Source: Eledone cirrhosa
Taxonomy: Eukaryota
DNA length: 64,000 nucleotides
Assembly (NCBI GenBank): GCA_964016885.1
Contig: OZ024745.1
Span: forward strand, 21,824,001 to 21,888,000
Direction of reading: 5' to 3'
The position numbers and the translations under genes were made by a program. Positions within the stretch are counted from its first letter, which is position 1. The number at the start of each line of letters is the position of its first letter. Shown here piece after piece: positions 27,301 through 42,300 of the stretch. Under the pieces are notes generated by a model that was not told the DNA's origin, did no database searches, and worked only from the letters and a program-made list of their open reading frames with translations.

Positions 27301-30300
27301 CTGTTCTATATAGTTATGGTTCTGTTCTATACAGTTATGGTTCTGTTCTGTATAGTTATGGTTCTGTTCTATTTAGTTATATTTCTGTTCTATATAGTTA
27401 TGGTTCTGTTCTGTATAGTTATGGTTCTGTTCTGTATAGTAATTGTTCTGTTCTATATAGTTATGGTTCTGTTCTGTATAGTTACGGTTCTGTTCTATAC
27501 AGTTATGGTTCTGTTCTATATAGTTATGGTTCTGTTCTATATAGTTATGTTTCTGTTCTATATAGTTATGGTTCTGTTCTGTATAGTTATGATTCAGTTC
27601 TATATAGTTATATTTCTGTTCTATATAGTTATGGTTCTGTTCTATATAGTTATATTTCTGTTCTATATAGTTATATTTCTGTTCTATATAGTTATGGTTC
27701 TGTTCTATATAGTTATGGTTTTGTTCTATATAGTTATGGTTCTGTTCTATATAGTTATATTTCTGTTCTATATAGTTATGGTTCTGTTCTATATAGTTAT
27801 GGTTCTCTTCTGTATAGTTATGGTTCTGTTCTATATAGTTATGGTTCTGTTCTATATAGTTAGGGATCTGTTCTGTATAGTTATGGTTCTGTTCTATATA
27901 GTTATATTTCTGTTCTATATAGTTATTTTTTCTGTTCTATAGAGTTATGGTTCTGTTCTATATAGTTATGGTTCTGTTCTATATAGTTATGGTTCTGTTC
28001 TATATAATTATATTTCTGTTCTATATAGTTATGGTTCTGTTCTATATAGTTATGGTTCTGTTCTATATAGTTATGGTTCTGTTCTATATAGTTATATTTC
28101 TGTTCTATATAGTTATGGTTCTGTTCTATATAGTTATGGTTCTGTTCTATATAGTTATATTTCTGTTCTATATAGTTATGGTTCTGTTCTATATAGTTAT
28201 GGTTCTGTTCTATATAGTTATATTTCTGTTCTATATAGTTATAGTTCTGTTCTATATAGTTATGGTTCTGTTCTATATAGTTATGGTTCTGTTCTATATA
28301 GTTACGGTTCTGTTCTATACAGTTATGGTTCTGTTCTATATAGTTATGGTACTGTTCTATATAGTTATGGTTCTGTTCTATATAGTTATATTTCTGTTCT
28401 ATATAGTTATGGTTCTGTTCTATATAGTTATGGTTCCGTTCTGTATAGTTACGGTGCTGTTCTATACAGTTATGGTTCTGTTCTGTATAGTTATGGTACT
28501 GTTCTATATGGTTATGGTTCTGTTCTATATAGTTATGGTTCTGTTCTATATAGTTATGGTTCTGTTCTGTATAGTTATGGTACTGTTCTATATGGTTATG
28601 GTTCTGTTCTGTATAGTTATGGTACTGTTCTATATGGTTATGGTTCTGTTCTATATAGTTATGGTTCTGTTCTATATAGTTATGGTTCTGTTCTGTATAG
28701 TTATGGGACTGTTCTATATGGTTATGGTTCTGTTCTATATAGTTATGGTTCTGTTCTATATAGTTATGGTTCTGTTCTATATAGTTATGGTTCTGTTCTA
28801 TATAGTTAAGTTTCTGTTCTGTATAGTTATGGTTCTGTTCTATATAGTTATGGTTCTGTTCTATATAGTTATGGTTCTGTTCTATATAGTTATATTTCTG
28901 TTCTGTATAGTTATTGTTCTGTTCTATATAGTTTTGGTTCTGTTCTATATAGTTATGGTTCTGTTCTATATAGTAATTGTTCTGATCTATAAAGTTATAT
29001 TTCTGTTCTATATAGTTATGGTTCTGTTCTATATAGTAATGGTTCTGTTCTATATAGTTATGGTTCTGTTCTATATAGTTATGGTTCTGTTCTATATAGT
29101 TATGGTTCTGTTCTGTATAGTTATGTTTCTGTTCTGTATAGTTATGGTTCTGTTCTATATAGTTATATTTCTGTTCTATATAGTTATGGTTCTGTTCTGT
29201 ATAGTTATGGTTCTGTTCTATATAGTTATATTTCTGTTCTATATAGTTATGGGTCTGTTCTATATAGTTATGGTTCTGTTCTGTATAGTTATGGTTCTGT
29301 TCTGTATAGTTATGGTTCTGTTCTATACAGTTATGGTTCTGTTCTGTATAGTTATGGTTCTGTTATATATAGTTATGGTTCTGTTCTATATAGTTATGGT
29401 TCTGTTCTATACAGTTATGGTTCTGTTCTGTATAGTTATGGTTCTGTTCTATATAGTTATATTTCTGTTCTATATAGTTATGGTTCTGTTCTGTATAGTT
29501 ATGGTTCTGTTCTGTATAGTAATTGTTCTGCTCTATATAGTTATGGTTCTGTTCTGTATAGTTACGGTTCTGTTCTATACAGTTATGGTTCTGTTCTATA
29601 TAATTATGGTTCTGTTCTATATAGTTATGTTTCTGTTCTATATAGTTATGGTTCTGTTCTGTATAGTTATGATTCTGTTCTATATAGTTATATTTCTGTT
29701 CTATATAGTTATGGTTCTGTTCTATATAGTTATATTTCTGTTCTATATAGTTATATTTCTGTTCTATATAGTTATGGTTCTGTTCTATATAGTTATGGTT
29801 CTGTTCTATATAGTTATGGTTCTGTTCTATATAGTTATATTTCTGTTCTATATAGTTATGGTTCTGTTCTATATAGTTATGGTTCTGTTCTGTATAGTTA
29901 TGGTTCTGTTCTATATAGTTATGGTTCTCCTCTATATAGTTAGGGATCTGTTCTGTATAGTTATGGTTCTGTTCTATATAGTTATGGTTCTGTTCTATAT
30001 AGTTATGGTTCTGTTCTGTATAGTTATGATTCTGTTCTATATAGTTATGGTTCTGTTCTATATAGTTATATTTCTGTTCTATATAGTTATGGTTCTGTAC
30101 TGTATAGTTAGGGTTCTGTTCTATATAGTTATGTTTCTGTTCTATACAGTTATGGTTCTGTTCTATATAGTTATGGTTCTGTTCTATATAGTTATATTTC
30201 TGTTCTATATAGTTATAGTTCTGTTCTATATAGTTATTGTTCTGTTCTATATAGTTATGGTTCTGTTCTATATAGTTATGGTTCTGTTCTATATAGTTAT

Positions 30301-33300
30301 ATTTCTGTTCTATATAATTATGGTACTGTTCTATATAGTTATGGTTCTGTTCTATATAGTTATATTTCTGTTCTATATAGTTATGGTTCTGTTCTATATA
30401 GTTATGGTTCTGTTCTATATAATTATATTTCTGTTCTGTATAGTTATTGTTCTGTTCTATATAGTTATGGTTCTGTTCTATATAGTTATGGTTCTGTTCT
30501 GTATAGTTATGGTTCTGTTCTGTATAGTTATTGTTCTGTTCTATATAGTTATGGTTCTGTTCTATATAATTATGGTTCTGTTCTATATAATTATATTTCT
30601 GTTCTGTATAGTTATTGTTCTGTTCTATATAGTTATGGTTCTGTTCTATATAGTTATATTTCTGTTCTGTATAGTTATGGTTCTGTTCTATATAGTTATA
30701 TTTCTGTTCTATATAGTTATTTTCTGTTCTATATAGTTATGGTTCTGTTCTATATAGTTATGGTTCTGTTCTATATAATTATATTTCTGTTCTGTATAGT
30801 TATTGTTCTGTTCTATATAGATATGGTTCTGTTCTATATAGTTATGGTTCTGTTCTATATAGTTATATTTCTGTTCTATATAGTTATGGTACTGTTCTAT
30901 ATAGTTATATTTCTGTTCTATATAGTTATGGTTCTGTTCTGTATAGTTATGGTTCTGTTCTATATAGTTATGTTTCTGTTCTATACAGTTATGGTTCTGT
31001 TCTATATAGTTATGATTATGTTCTATATAGTTATATTTCTGTTCTATATAGTTATGGTTCTGTTCTATATAGTTATATTTCTGTTCTATATAGTTATGGT
31101 TCTGTTCTGTATAGTTATGGTTCTGTTCTATATAGTTATGTTTCTGTTCTATATAGTTATGTTTCTGTTCTATATAGTTATGGTTCTGTTCTATATAGTT
31201 ATGGTTCTGTTCTATATAGTTATGGTTCTGTTCTGTATAGTTATGGTTCTTTTCTATATAGTTATGGTTCTGTTCTATATAGTTATGGTTCTGTTCTATA
31301 TAGTTATGGTTCTGTTCTGTATAGTTATGGTTCTGTTCTATATAGTTATGGTTCTGTTCTATATAGTTATGGTACTATTATATATAGTTATGGTTCTGTT
31401 CTGTATAGTTATATTTCTGTTCTATATAGTTATGGTTCTGTTCTATATAGTTATGATTCTGTTCTGTATACTTATGGTTCTGTTCTATATAGTTATGGTT
31501 CTGTTCTATATATTTATATTTCTGTTCTTTATAGTTATTGTTCTGTTCTATATAGTTATGGTTCTGTTCTATATAGTTATGGTTCTGTTCTATATAGTTA
31601 TATTTCTGTTCTGTATAGTTATTGTTCTGTTCTATATAGTTTTGGTTCTGTTCTATATAGTTATGGTTCTGTTCTATATAGTAATTGTTCTGTTCTATAA
31701 AGTTATATTTCTGTTCTATATAGTTATGTTTCTGTTCTATATAGTAATGGTTCTGTTCTATATAGTTATGGTTCTGTTCTATATAGTTATGGTTCTGTTC
31801 TATATAGTTATGGTTCTGTTCTGTATAGTTATGGTTCTGTTCTGTATAGTTATGGTTCTGTTCTATATAGTTATAATTCTGTTCTATATAGTTATGGTTC
31901 TGTTCTATATAGTTACGGTTCTGTTCTGTATAGTTATGGTTCTGTTCTGTATAGTTATGGTTTTGTTCTATATAGTTATATTTCTGTTCTATATAGTTAT
32001 GGTTCTGTTCTGTATAGTTATGGTTCTGTTCTATATAGTTATATTTCTGTTCTATATAGTTATGGTTCTGTTCTATATAGTTATGGTTCTGTTCTGTATA
32101 GTTATGGTTCTGTTCTATATAGTTATGGTTCTGTTCTATATAGTTATGTTTCTGTTCTATATAGTTATGGTTCTGTTCTGTATAGTTATGATTCTGTTCT
32201 ATATAGTTATATTTCTGTTCTATATAGTTATGGTTCTGTTCTATATAGTTATATTTCTGTTCTATATAGTTATATTTCTGTTCTATATAGTTATGGTTCT
32301 GTTCTATATAGTTATGGTTCTGTTCTATATAGTTATGGTTCTGTTCTATATAGTTATATTTCTGTTCTATATAGTTATGGTTCTGTTCTATATAGTTATG
32401 GTTCTGTTCTGTATAGTTATGGTTCTGTTCTATATAGTTATGGTTCTGTTCTATATAGTTAGGGATCTGTTCTGTATAGTTATGGTTCTGTTCTATATAG
32501 TTATATTTCTGTTCTATATAGTTATTTTTCTGTTCTATAGAGTTATGGTTCTGTTCTATATAGTTATGGTTCTGTTCTATATAGTTATGGTTCTGTTCTA
32601 TATAATTATATTTCTGTTCTATATAGTTATGGGTCTGTTCTATATAGTTATGGTTCTGTTCTATATAGTTATGGTTCTGTTCTATATAGTTATATTTCTG
32701 TTCTATATAGTTATGATTCTGTTCTATATAGTTATAGTTCTGTTCTATATAGTTATATTTCTGTTCTATATAGTTATGGTTCTGTTCTATATAGTTATGT
32801 TTCTGTTCTATATAGTTATATTTCTGTTCTATATAGTTATGGTTCTGTTCTATATAGTTATGGTTCTGTTCTATATAGTTATGGTTCTGTTCTATATAGT
32901 TACGGTTCTGTTCTATACAGTTATGGTTCTGTTCTATATAGTTATGGTACTGTTCTATATAGTTATGGTTCTGTTCTATATAATTATATTTCTGTTCTAT
33001 ATAGTTATGGTTCTGTTCTATATAGTTATGTTTCTGTTCTATATAGTTATGGTTCTGTTCTATATAGTTATGGTTCTGTTCTATATAGTTATGGTTCTGT
33101 TCTGTATAGTTATGGTACTGTTCTATATGGTTATGATTCTGTTCTATATAGTTATGGTTCTGTTCTATATAGTTATGGTTCTGTTCTGTATAGTTATGGT
33201 ACTGTTCTATATGGTTATGGTTCTGTTCTATATAGTTGTGGTTCTGTTCTATATAGTTATGGTTCTGTTCTATATAGTTATGGTTCTGTTCTATATAGTT

Positions 33301-36300
33301 ATGGTTCTGTTCTTTATAGTTATAGTACTGTTCTATATGGTTATGATTCTGTTCTATATAGTTATGGTTCTGTTCTATATAGTTATGGTTCTGTTCTGTA
33401 TAGTTATGGTACTGTTCTATATGGTTATGGTTCTGTTCTATATAGTTATGGTTCTGTTCTATATAGTTATGGTTCTGTTCTGTATAGTTATGGTACTGTT
33501 CTATATGGTTATGGTTCTGTTCTATATAGTTATGGTTCTGTTCTATATAGTTATGGTTCTGTTCTATATAGTTATGGTTCTGTTCTATATAGTTATGTTT
33601 CTGTTCTGTATAGTTATGGTTCTGTTCTATATAGTTATGGTTCTGTTCTATATAGTTATGGTTCTGTTCTGTATAGTTATGGTTCTGTTCTATATAATTA
33701 TGGTTCTGTTCTATATAGTTATGGTTCTGTTCTATATAGTTATGGTTCTGTTCTATATAGATATGGTTCTGTTCTATATAGTTATATTTCTGTTCTTTAT
33801 ATTTATTGTTCTGTTCTATATAGTTATGGTTCTGTTCTATCTAGTTATGGTTCTGTTCTATATAGTTATATTTCTGTTCTTTATAGTTGTTGTTCTGTTC
33901 TATATAGTAATGGTTCTGTTCTATATAGTTATGGTTCTGTTCTAAATAGTTATATTTCTGTTCTGTATAGTTATTGTTCTGTTCTATATAGTTTTGGTTC
34001 TGTTCTATATAGTTATGGTTCTGTTCTATATAGTAATGGTTCTGTTCTATATAGTTATATTTCTGTTCTATATAGTTATGTTCTGTTTTATATAGTAATG
34101 GTTCTGTTCTATATAGTTATGGTTCTGTTCTATATAGTTATGGTTCTGTCCTATATAGTTATGGTTCTGTTCTGTATAGTTATGGTTCTGTTCTGTATAG
34201 TTATGGTTCTGTTCTATATAGTTATATTTCTGTTCTATATAGTTATGGTTCTGTTCTGTATAGTTATGGTTCTGTTCTATATAGTTATATTTCTGTTCTA
34301 TATAGTTATGGTTCTGTTCTATATAGTTATGGTTCTGTTCTGTATAGTTATGGTTCTGTTCTCTATAGTTATGGTTCTGTTCTATACAGTTATGGTTCTG
34401 TTCTGTATAGTTATGGTTCTGTTCTATATAGTTATGGTTCTGTTCTATATAGTTATGGTTCTGTTCTATACAGTTATGGTTCTGTTCTGTATAGTTATGG
34501 TTCTGTTCTATATAGTTATATTTCTGTTCTATATAGTTATGGTTCTGTTCTGTATAGTTATGGTTCTGTTCTATATAGTTATTTTTCTGTTCTATAGAGT
34601 TATGGTTCTGTTCTATATAGTTATGGTTCTGTTCTATATAGTTATGGTTCTGTTCTATATAATTATATTTCTGTTCTATATAGTTATGGGTCTGTTCTAT
34701 ATAGTTATGGTTCTGTTCTATATAGTTATGGTTCTGTTCTATATAGTTATATTTCTGTTCTATATAGTTATGATTCTGTTCTATATAGTTATAGTTCTGT
34801 TCTATATAGTTATATTTCTGTTCTATATAGTTATGGTTCTGTTCTATATAGTTATGGTTCTGTTCTATATAGTTATATTTCTGTTCTATATAGTTATGGT
34901 TCTGTTCTATATAGTTATGGTTCTGTTCTATATAGTTATGGTTCTGTTCTATATAGTTACGGTTCTGTTCTATACAGTTATGGTTCTGTTCTATATAGTT
35001 ATGGTACTGTTCTATATAGTTATGGTTCTGTTCTATATAGTTATATTTCTGTTCTATATAGTTATGGTTCTGTTCTATATAGTTATGTTTCTGTTCTATA
35101 TAGTTATGGTTCTGTTCTATATAGTTATGGTTCTGTTCTATATAGTTATGGTTCTGTTCTGTATAGTTATGGTACTGTTCTATATGGTTATGATTCTGTT
35201 CTATATAGTTATGGTTCTGTTCTATATAGTTATGGTTCTGTTCTGTATAGTTATGGTACTGTTCTATATGGTTATGGTTCTGTTCTATATAGTTGTGGTT
35301 CTGTTCTATATAGTTATGGTTCTGTTCTATATAGTTATGGTTCTGTTCTATATAGTTATGGTTCTGTTCTTTATAGTTATAGTACTGTTCTATATGGTTA
35401 TGATTCTGTTCTATATAGTTATGGTTCTGTTCTATATAGTTATGGTTCTGTTCTGTATAGTTATGGTACTGTTCTATATGGTTATGGTTCTGTTCTATAT
35501 AGTTATGGTTCTGTTCTATATAGTTATGGTTCTGTTCTGTATAGTTATGGTACTGTTCTATATGGTTATGGTTCTGTTCTATATAGTTATGGTTCTGTTC
35601 TATATAGTTATGGTTCTGTTCTATATAGTTATGGTTCTGTTCTATATAGTTATGTTTCTGTTCTGTATAGTTATGGTTCTGTTCTATATAGTTATGGTTC
35701 TGTTCTATATAGTTATGGTTCTGTTCTGTATAGTTATGGTTCTGTTCTATATAATTATGGTTCTGTTCTATATAGTTATGGTTCTGTTCTATATAGTTAT
35801 GGTTCTGTTCTATATAGTTATGGTACTGTTCTATATAGTTATGGTTCTGTTCTATATAGTTATATTTCTGTTCTTTATATTTATTGTTCTGTTCTATATA
35901 GTTATGGTTCTGTTCTATCTAGTTATGGTTCTGTTCTATATAGTTATATTTCTGTTCTTTATAGTTGTTGTTCTGTTCTATATAGTAATGGTTCTGTTCT
36001 ATATAGTTATGGTTCTGTTCTAAATAGTTATATTTCTGTTCTGTATAGTTATTGTTCTGTTCTATATAGTTTTGGTTCTGTTCTATATAGTTATGGTTCT
36101 GTTCTATATAGTAATGGTTCTGTTCTATATAGTTATATTTCTGTTCTATATAGTTATGTTCTGTTTTATATAGTAATGGTTCTGTTCTATATAGTTATGG
36201 TTCTGTTCTATATAGTTATCGTTCTGTCCTATATAGTTATGGTTCTGTTCTGTATAGTTATGGTTCTGTTCTGTATAGTTATGGTTCTGTTCTATATAGT

Positions 36301-39300
36301 TATATTTCTGTTCTATATAGTTATGGTTCTGTTCTGTATAGTTATGGTTCTGTTCTATATAGTTATATTTCTGTTCTATATAGTTATGGTTCTGTTCTAT
36401 ATAGTTATGGTTCTGTTCTGTATAGTTATGGTTCTGTTCTCTATAGTTATGGTTCTGTTCTATACAGTTATGGTTCTGTTCTGTATAGTTATGGTTCTGT
36501 TCTATATAGTTATGGTTCTGTTCTATATAGTTATGGTTCTGTTCTATACAGTTATGGTTCTGTTCTGTATAGTTATGGTTCTGTTCTATATAGTTATATT
36601 TCTGTTCTATATAGTTATGGTTCTGTTCTGTATAGTTATGGTTCTGTTCTGTATAGTAATTGTTCTGTTCTGTATAGTTACGGTTCTGTTCTATACAGTT
36701 ATGGTTCGGTTCTATATAGTTATGGTTCTGTTCTATATAGTTATATTTCTGTTCTATATAGTTATGGTTCTGTTCTATATAGTTATGGTTCTGTTCTATA
36801 TAGTTACGGTTCTGTTCTATACAGTTATGGTTCTGTTCTATATAGTTATGGTACTGTTCTATATAGTTATGGTTCTGTTCTATATAGTTATATTTCTGTT
36901 CTATATAGTTATGGTTCTGTTCTATATAGTTATGGTTCTGTTCTGTATAGTTACGGTTCTGTTCTATACAGTTATGGTTCTGTTCTATATAGTTGTGGTT
37001 CTGTTCTATATAGTTATGGTTCTGTTCTATATAGTTATGGTTCTGTTCTATATAGTTATGGTTCTGTTCTGTATAGTTATGGTACTGTTCTATATGGTTA
37101 TGGTTCTGTTCTATATAGTTATGGTTCTGTTCTATATAGTTATGGTTCTGTTCTGTATAGTTATGGTTCTGTTCTATATAGTTATGGTTCTGTTCTGTAT
37201 AGTTATGGTTCTGTTCTGTATAGTTATGGTTCTGTTCTATACAGTTATGGTTCTGTTCTATATAGTTATGGTTCTGTTCTATATAGTTATGTTTCTGTTC
37301 TATATAGTTATGGTTCTGTTCTGTATAATTATGGTTCTGTTCTATATAGTTATATTTCTGTTCTATATAGTTATGGTTCTGTTCTATATAGTTATATTTC
37401 TGTTCTATATAGTTATGGTTCTGTTCTATATAGTTATGGTTCTGTTCTATATAGTTATGGTTCTGTTCTATATAGTGATATTTCTGTTCTATATAGTTAT
37501 GGTTCTGTTCTATATAGTTATGGTTCTGTTCTGTATAGTTATGGTTCTGTTCTATATAGTTATGTTTCTGTTCTATATAGTTAGGGATCTGTTCTGTATA
37601 GTTATGGTTCTGTTCTGTATAGTTATATTTCTGTTCTATATAGTTATGGTTCTGTTCTCTATAGTTATGGTTCTGTTCTATATAGTTATGGTTCTGTTCT
37701 ATATAGTTATGGTTCTGTTCTATATAATTATATTTCTGTTCTATATAGTTATGTTTCTGTTCTATATAGTTATGGTTCTGTTCTATATAGTTATGGTTCT
37801 GTTCTATATAGTTATATTTCTGTTCTATATAGTTAAGGTTCTGTTCTATATAGTTATGGTTCTGTTCTATATAGTTATATTTCTGTTCTATATAGTTATG
37901 GTTCTGTTCTATATAGTTATGGTTCTGGTCTATATAGTTATATTTCTGTTCTATATAGTTATGGTTCTGTTCTATATAGTTATGGTTCTGTTCTATATAG
38001 TTATGGTTCTGTTCTATATAGTTACGGTTCTGTTCTATACAGTTATGGTTCTGTTCTATATAGTTATGGTACTGTTCTATATAGTTATGGTTCTGTTCTA
38101 TATAGTTATATTTCTGTTCTATATAGTTATGGTTCTGTTCTATATAGTTATGGTTCTGTTCTGTATAGTTACGGTTCTGTTCTATACAGTTATGGTTCTG
38201 TTCTATATAGTTATGGTTCTGTTCTATATAGTTATGGTTCTGTTCTATATAGTTATGGTTCTTTTCTATATAGTTATGGTTCTGTTCTGTATAGTTATGG
38301 TTCTGTTCTATATAGTTATATTTCTGTTCTATATAGTTATGGTTCTGTTCTATATAGTTGTGGTTCTGTTCTATATAGTTATGGTTCTGTTCTATATAGT
38401 TATGGTTCTGTTCTATATAGTTATGGTTCTGTTCTGTATAGTTATGGTACTGTTCTATATTGTTATGGTTCTGTTCTATATAGTTATGGTTCTGTTCTAT
38501 ATAGTTATGTTTCTGTTCTATATAGTTATGGTTCTGTTCTATATAGTTATGTTTCTGTTCTGTATAGTTATGGTTCTGTTCTATATAGTTATGGTTCTGT
38601 TCTATATAGCTATGGTTCTGTTCTGTATAGTTCTGGATCTGTTCTATATAGTTATGGTTCTGTTCTATATAGTTATGGTTCTGTTCTATATAGTTATGGT
38701 TCTGTTCTATATAGTTATGGTACTGTTCTATATGGTTATGGTTCTGTTGTATATAGTTATGGTTCTGTTCTATATAGTTATATTTCTGTTCTATATAGTT
38801 ATATTTCTGTTCTATATAGTTATGGTTCTGTTCTATATAGTTATGGTTCTGTTCTATATAGTTATGGTTCTGTTCTATATAGTTATATTTCTGTTCTATA
38901 TAGTTATGGTTCTGTTCTATATAGTTATGGTTCTGTTCTGTATAGTTATGGTTCTGTTCTATATAGTTATGGTTCTGTTCTATATAGTAATGGTTCTGTT
39001 CTATATAGTTATATTTCTGTTCTATATAGTTATGTTTCTGTTCTATATAGTTATGGTTCTGTTCTGTATAATTATGGTTCTGTTCTATATAGTTATATTT
39101 CTGTTCTATATAGTTATGGTTCTGTTCTATATAGTTATATTTCTGTTCTATATAGTTATGGTTCTGTTCTATATAGTTATGGTTCTGTTCTATATAGTTA
39201 TGGTTCTGTTCTATATAGTGATATTTCTGTTCTATATAGTTATGGTTCTGTTCTATATAGTTATGGTTCTGTTCTGTATAGTTATGGTTCTGTTCTATAT

Positions 39301-42300
39301 AGTTATGTTTCTGTTCTATATAGTTAGGGATCTGTTCTGTATAGTTATGGTTCTGTTCTGTATAGTTATATTTCTGTTCTATATAGTTATGGTTCTGTTC
39401 TCTATAGTTATGGTTCTGTTCTATATAGTTATGGTTCTGTTCTATATAGTTATGGTTCTGTTCTATATAATTATATTTCTGTTCTATATAGTTATGTTTC
39501 TGTTCTATATAGTTATGGTTCTGTTCTATATAGTTATGGTTCTGTTCTATATAGTTATATTTCTGTTCTATATAGTTAAGGTTCTGTTCTATATAGTTAT
39601 GGTTCTGTTCTATATAGTTATATTTCTGTTCTATATAGTTATGGTTCTGTTCTATATAGTTATGGTTCTGGTCTATATAGTTATATTTCTGTTCTATATA
39701 GTTATGGTTCTGTTCTATATAGTTATGGTTCTGTTCTATATAGTTATATTTCTGTTCTATATAGTTATGGTTCTGTTCTATATAGTTATGGTTCTGGTCT
39801 ATATAGTTATATTTCTGTTCTATATAGTTATGGTTCTGTTCTATATAGTTATGGTTCTGTTCTATATAGTTATGGTTCTGTTCTATATAGTTACGGTTCT
39901 GTTCTATACAGTTATGGTTCTGTTCTATATAGTTATGGTACTGTTCTATATAGTTATGGTTCTGTTCTATATAGTTATATTTCTGTTCTATATAGTTATG
40001 GTTCTGTTCTATATAGTTATGGTTCTGTTCTGTATAGTTACGGTTCTGTTCTATACAGTTATGGTTCTGTTCTATATAGTTATGGTTCTGTTCTATATAG
40101 TTATGGTTCTGTTCTATATAGTTATGGTTCTTTTCTATATAGTTATGGTTCTGTTCTGTATAGTTATGGTTCTGTTCTATATAGTTATATTTCTGTTCTA
40201 TATAGTTATGGTTCTGTTCTATATAGTTGTGGTTCTGTTCTATATAGTTATGGTTCTGTTCTATATAGTTATGGTTCTGTTCTATATAGTTATGGTTCTG
40301 TTCTGTATAGTTATGGTACTGTTCTATATTGTTATGGTTCTGTTCTATATAGTTATGGTTCTGTTCTATATAGTTATGTTTCTGTTCTATATAGTTATGG
40401 TTCTGTTCTATATAGTTATGTTTCTGTTCTGTATAGTTATGGTTCTGTTCTATATAGTTATGGTTCTGTTCTATATAGCTATGGTTCTGTTCTGTATAGT
40501 TCTGGATCTGTTCTATATAGTTATGGTTCTGTTCTATATAGTTATGGTTCTGTTCTATATAGTTATGGTTCTGTTCTATATAGTTATGGTACTGTTCTAT
40601 ATGGTTATGGTTCTGTTGTATATAGTTATGGTTCTGTTCTATATAGTTATATTTCTGTTCTATATAGTTATATTTCTGTTCTATATAGTTATGGTTCTGT
40701 TCTATATAGTTATGGTTCTGTTCTATATAGTTATGGTTCTGTTCTATATAGTTATATTTCTGTTCTATATAGTTATGGTTCTGTTCTATATAGTTATGGT
40801 TCTGTTCTGTATAGTTATGGTTCTGTTCTATATAGTTATGGTTCTGTTCTATATAGTAATGGTTCTGTTCTATATAGTTATATTTCTGTTCTATATAGTT
40901 ATGTTTCTGTTCTATATAGTTATGGTTCTGTTCTGTATAATTATGGTTCTGTTCTATATAGTTATATTTCTGTTCTATATAGTTATGGTTCTGTTCTATA
41001 TAGTTATATTTCTGTTCTATATAGTTATGGTTCTGTTCTATATAGTTATGGTTCTGTTCTATATAGTTATGGTTCTGTTCTATATAGTGATATTTCTGTT
41101 CTATATAGTTATGGTTCTGTTCTATATAGTTATGGTTCTGTTCTGTATAGTTATGGTTCTGTTCTATATAGTTATGTTTCTGTTCTATATAGTTAGGGAT
41201 CTGTTCTGTATAGTTATGGTTCTGTTCTGTATAGTTATATTTCTGTTCTATATAGTTATGGTTCTGTTCTCTATAGTTATGGTTCTGTTCTATATAGTTA
41301 TGGTTCTGTTCTATATAGTTATGGTTCTGTTCTATATAATTATATTTCTGTTCTATATAGTTATGTTTCTGTTCTATATAGTTATGGTTCTGTTCTATAT
41401 AGTTATGGTTCTGTTCTATATAGTTATATTTCTGTTCTATATAGTTAAGGTTCTGTTCTATATAGTTATGGTTCTGTTCTATATAGTTATATTTCTGTTC
41501 TATATAGTTATGGTTCTGTTCTATATAGTTATGGTTCTGGTCTATATAGTTATATTTCTGTTCTATATAGTTATGGTTCTGTTCTATATAGTTATGGTTC
41601 TGTTCTATATAGTTATGGTTCTGTTCTATATAGTTACGGTTCTGTTCTATACAGTTATGGTTCTGTTCTATATAGTTATGGTACTGTTCTATATAGTTAT
41701 GGTTCTGTTCTATATAGTTATATTTCTGTTCTATATAGTTATGGTTCTGTTCTATATAGTTATGGTTCTGTTCTGTATAGTTACGGTTCTGTTCTATACA
41801 GTTATGGTTCTGTTCTATATAGTTATGGTTCTGTTCTATATAGTTATGGTTCTGTTCTATATAGTTATGGTTCTTTTCTATATAGTTATGGTTCTGTTCT
41901 GTATAGTTATGGTTCTGTTCTATATAGTTATATTTCTGTTCTATATAGTTATGGTTCTGTTCTATATAGTTGTGGTTCTGTTCTATATAGTTATGGTTCT
42001 GTTCTATATAGTTATGGTTCTGTTCTATATAGTTATGGTTCTGTTCTGTATAGTTATGGTACTGTTCTATATTGTTATGGTTCTGTTCTATATAGTTATG
42101 GTTCTGTTCTATATAGTTATGTTTCTGTTCTATATAGTTATGGTTCTGTTCTATATAGTTATGTTTCTGTTCTGTATAGTTATGGTTCTGTTCTATATAG
42201 TTATGGTTCTGTTCTATATAGCTATGGTTCTGTTCTGTATAGTTCTGGATCTGTTCTATATAGTTATGGTTCTGTTCTATATAGTTATGGTTCTGTTCTA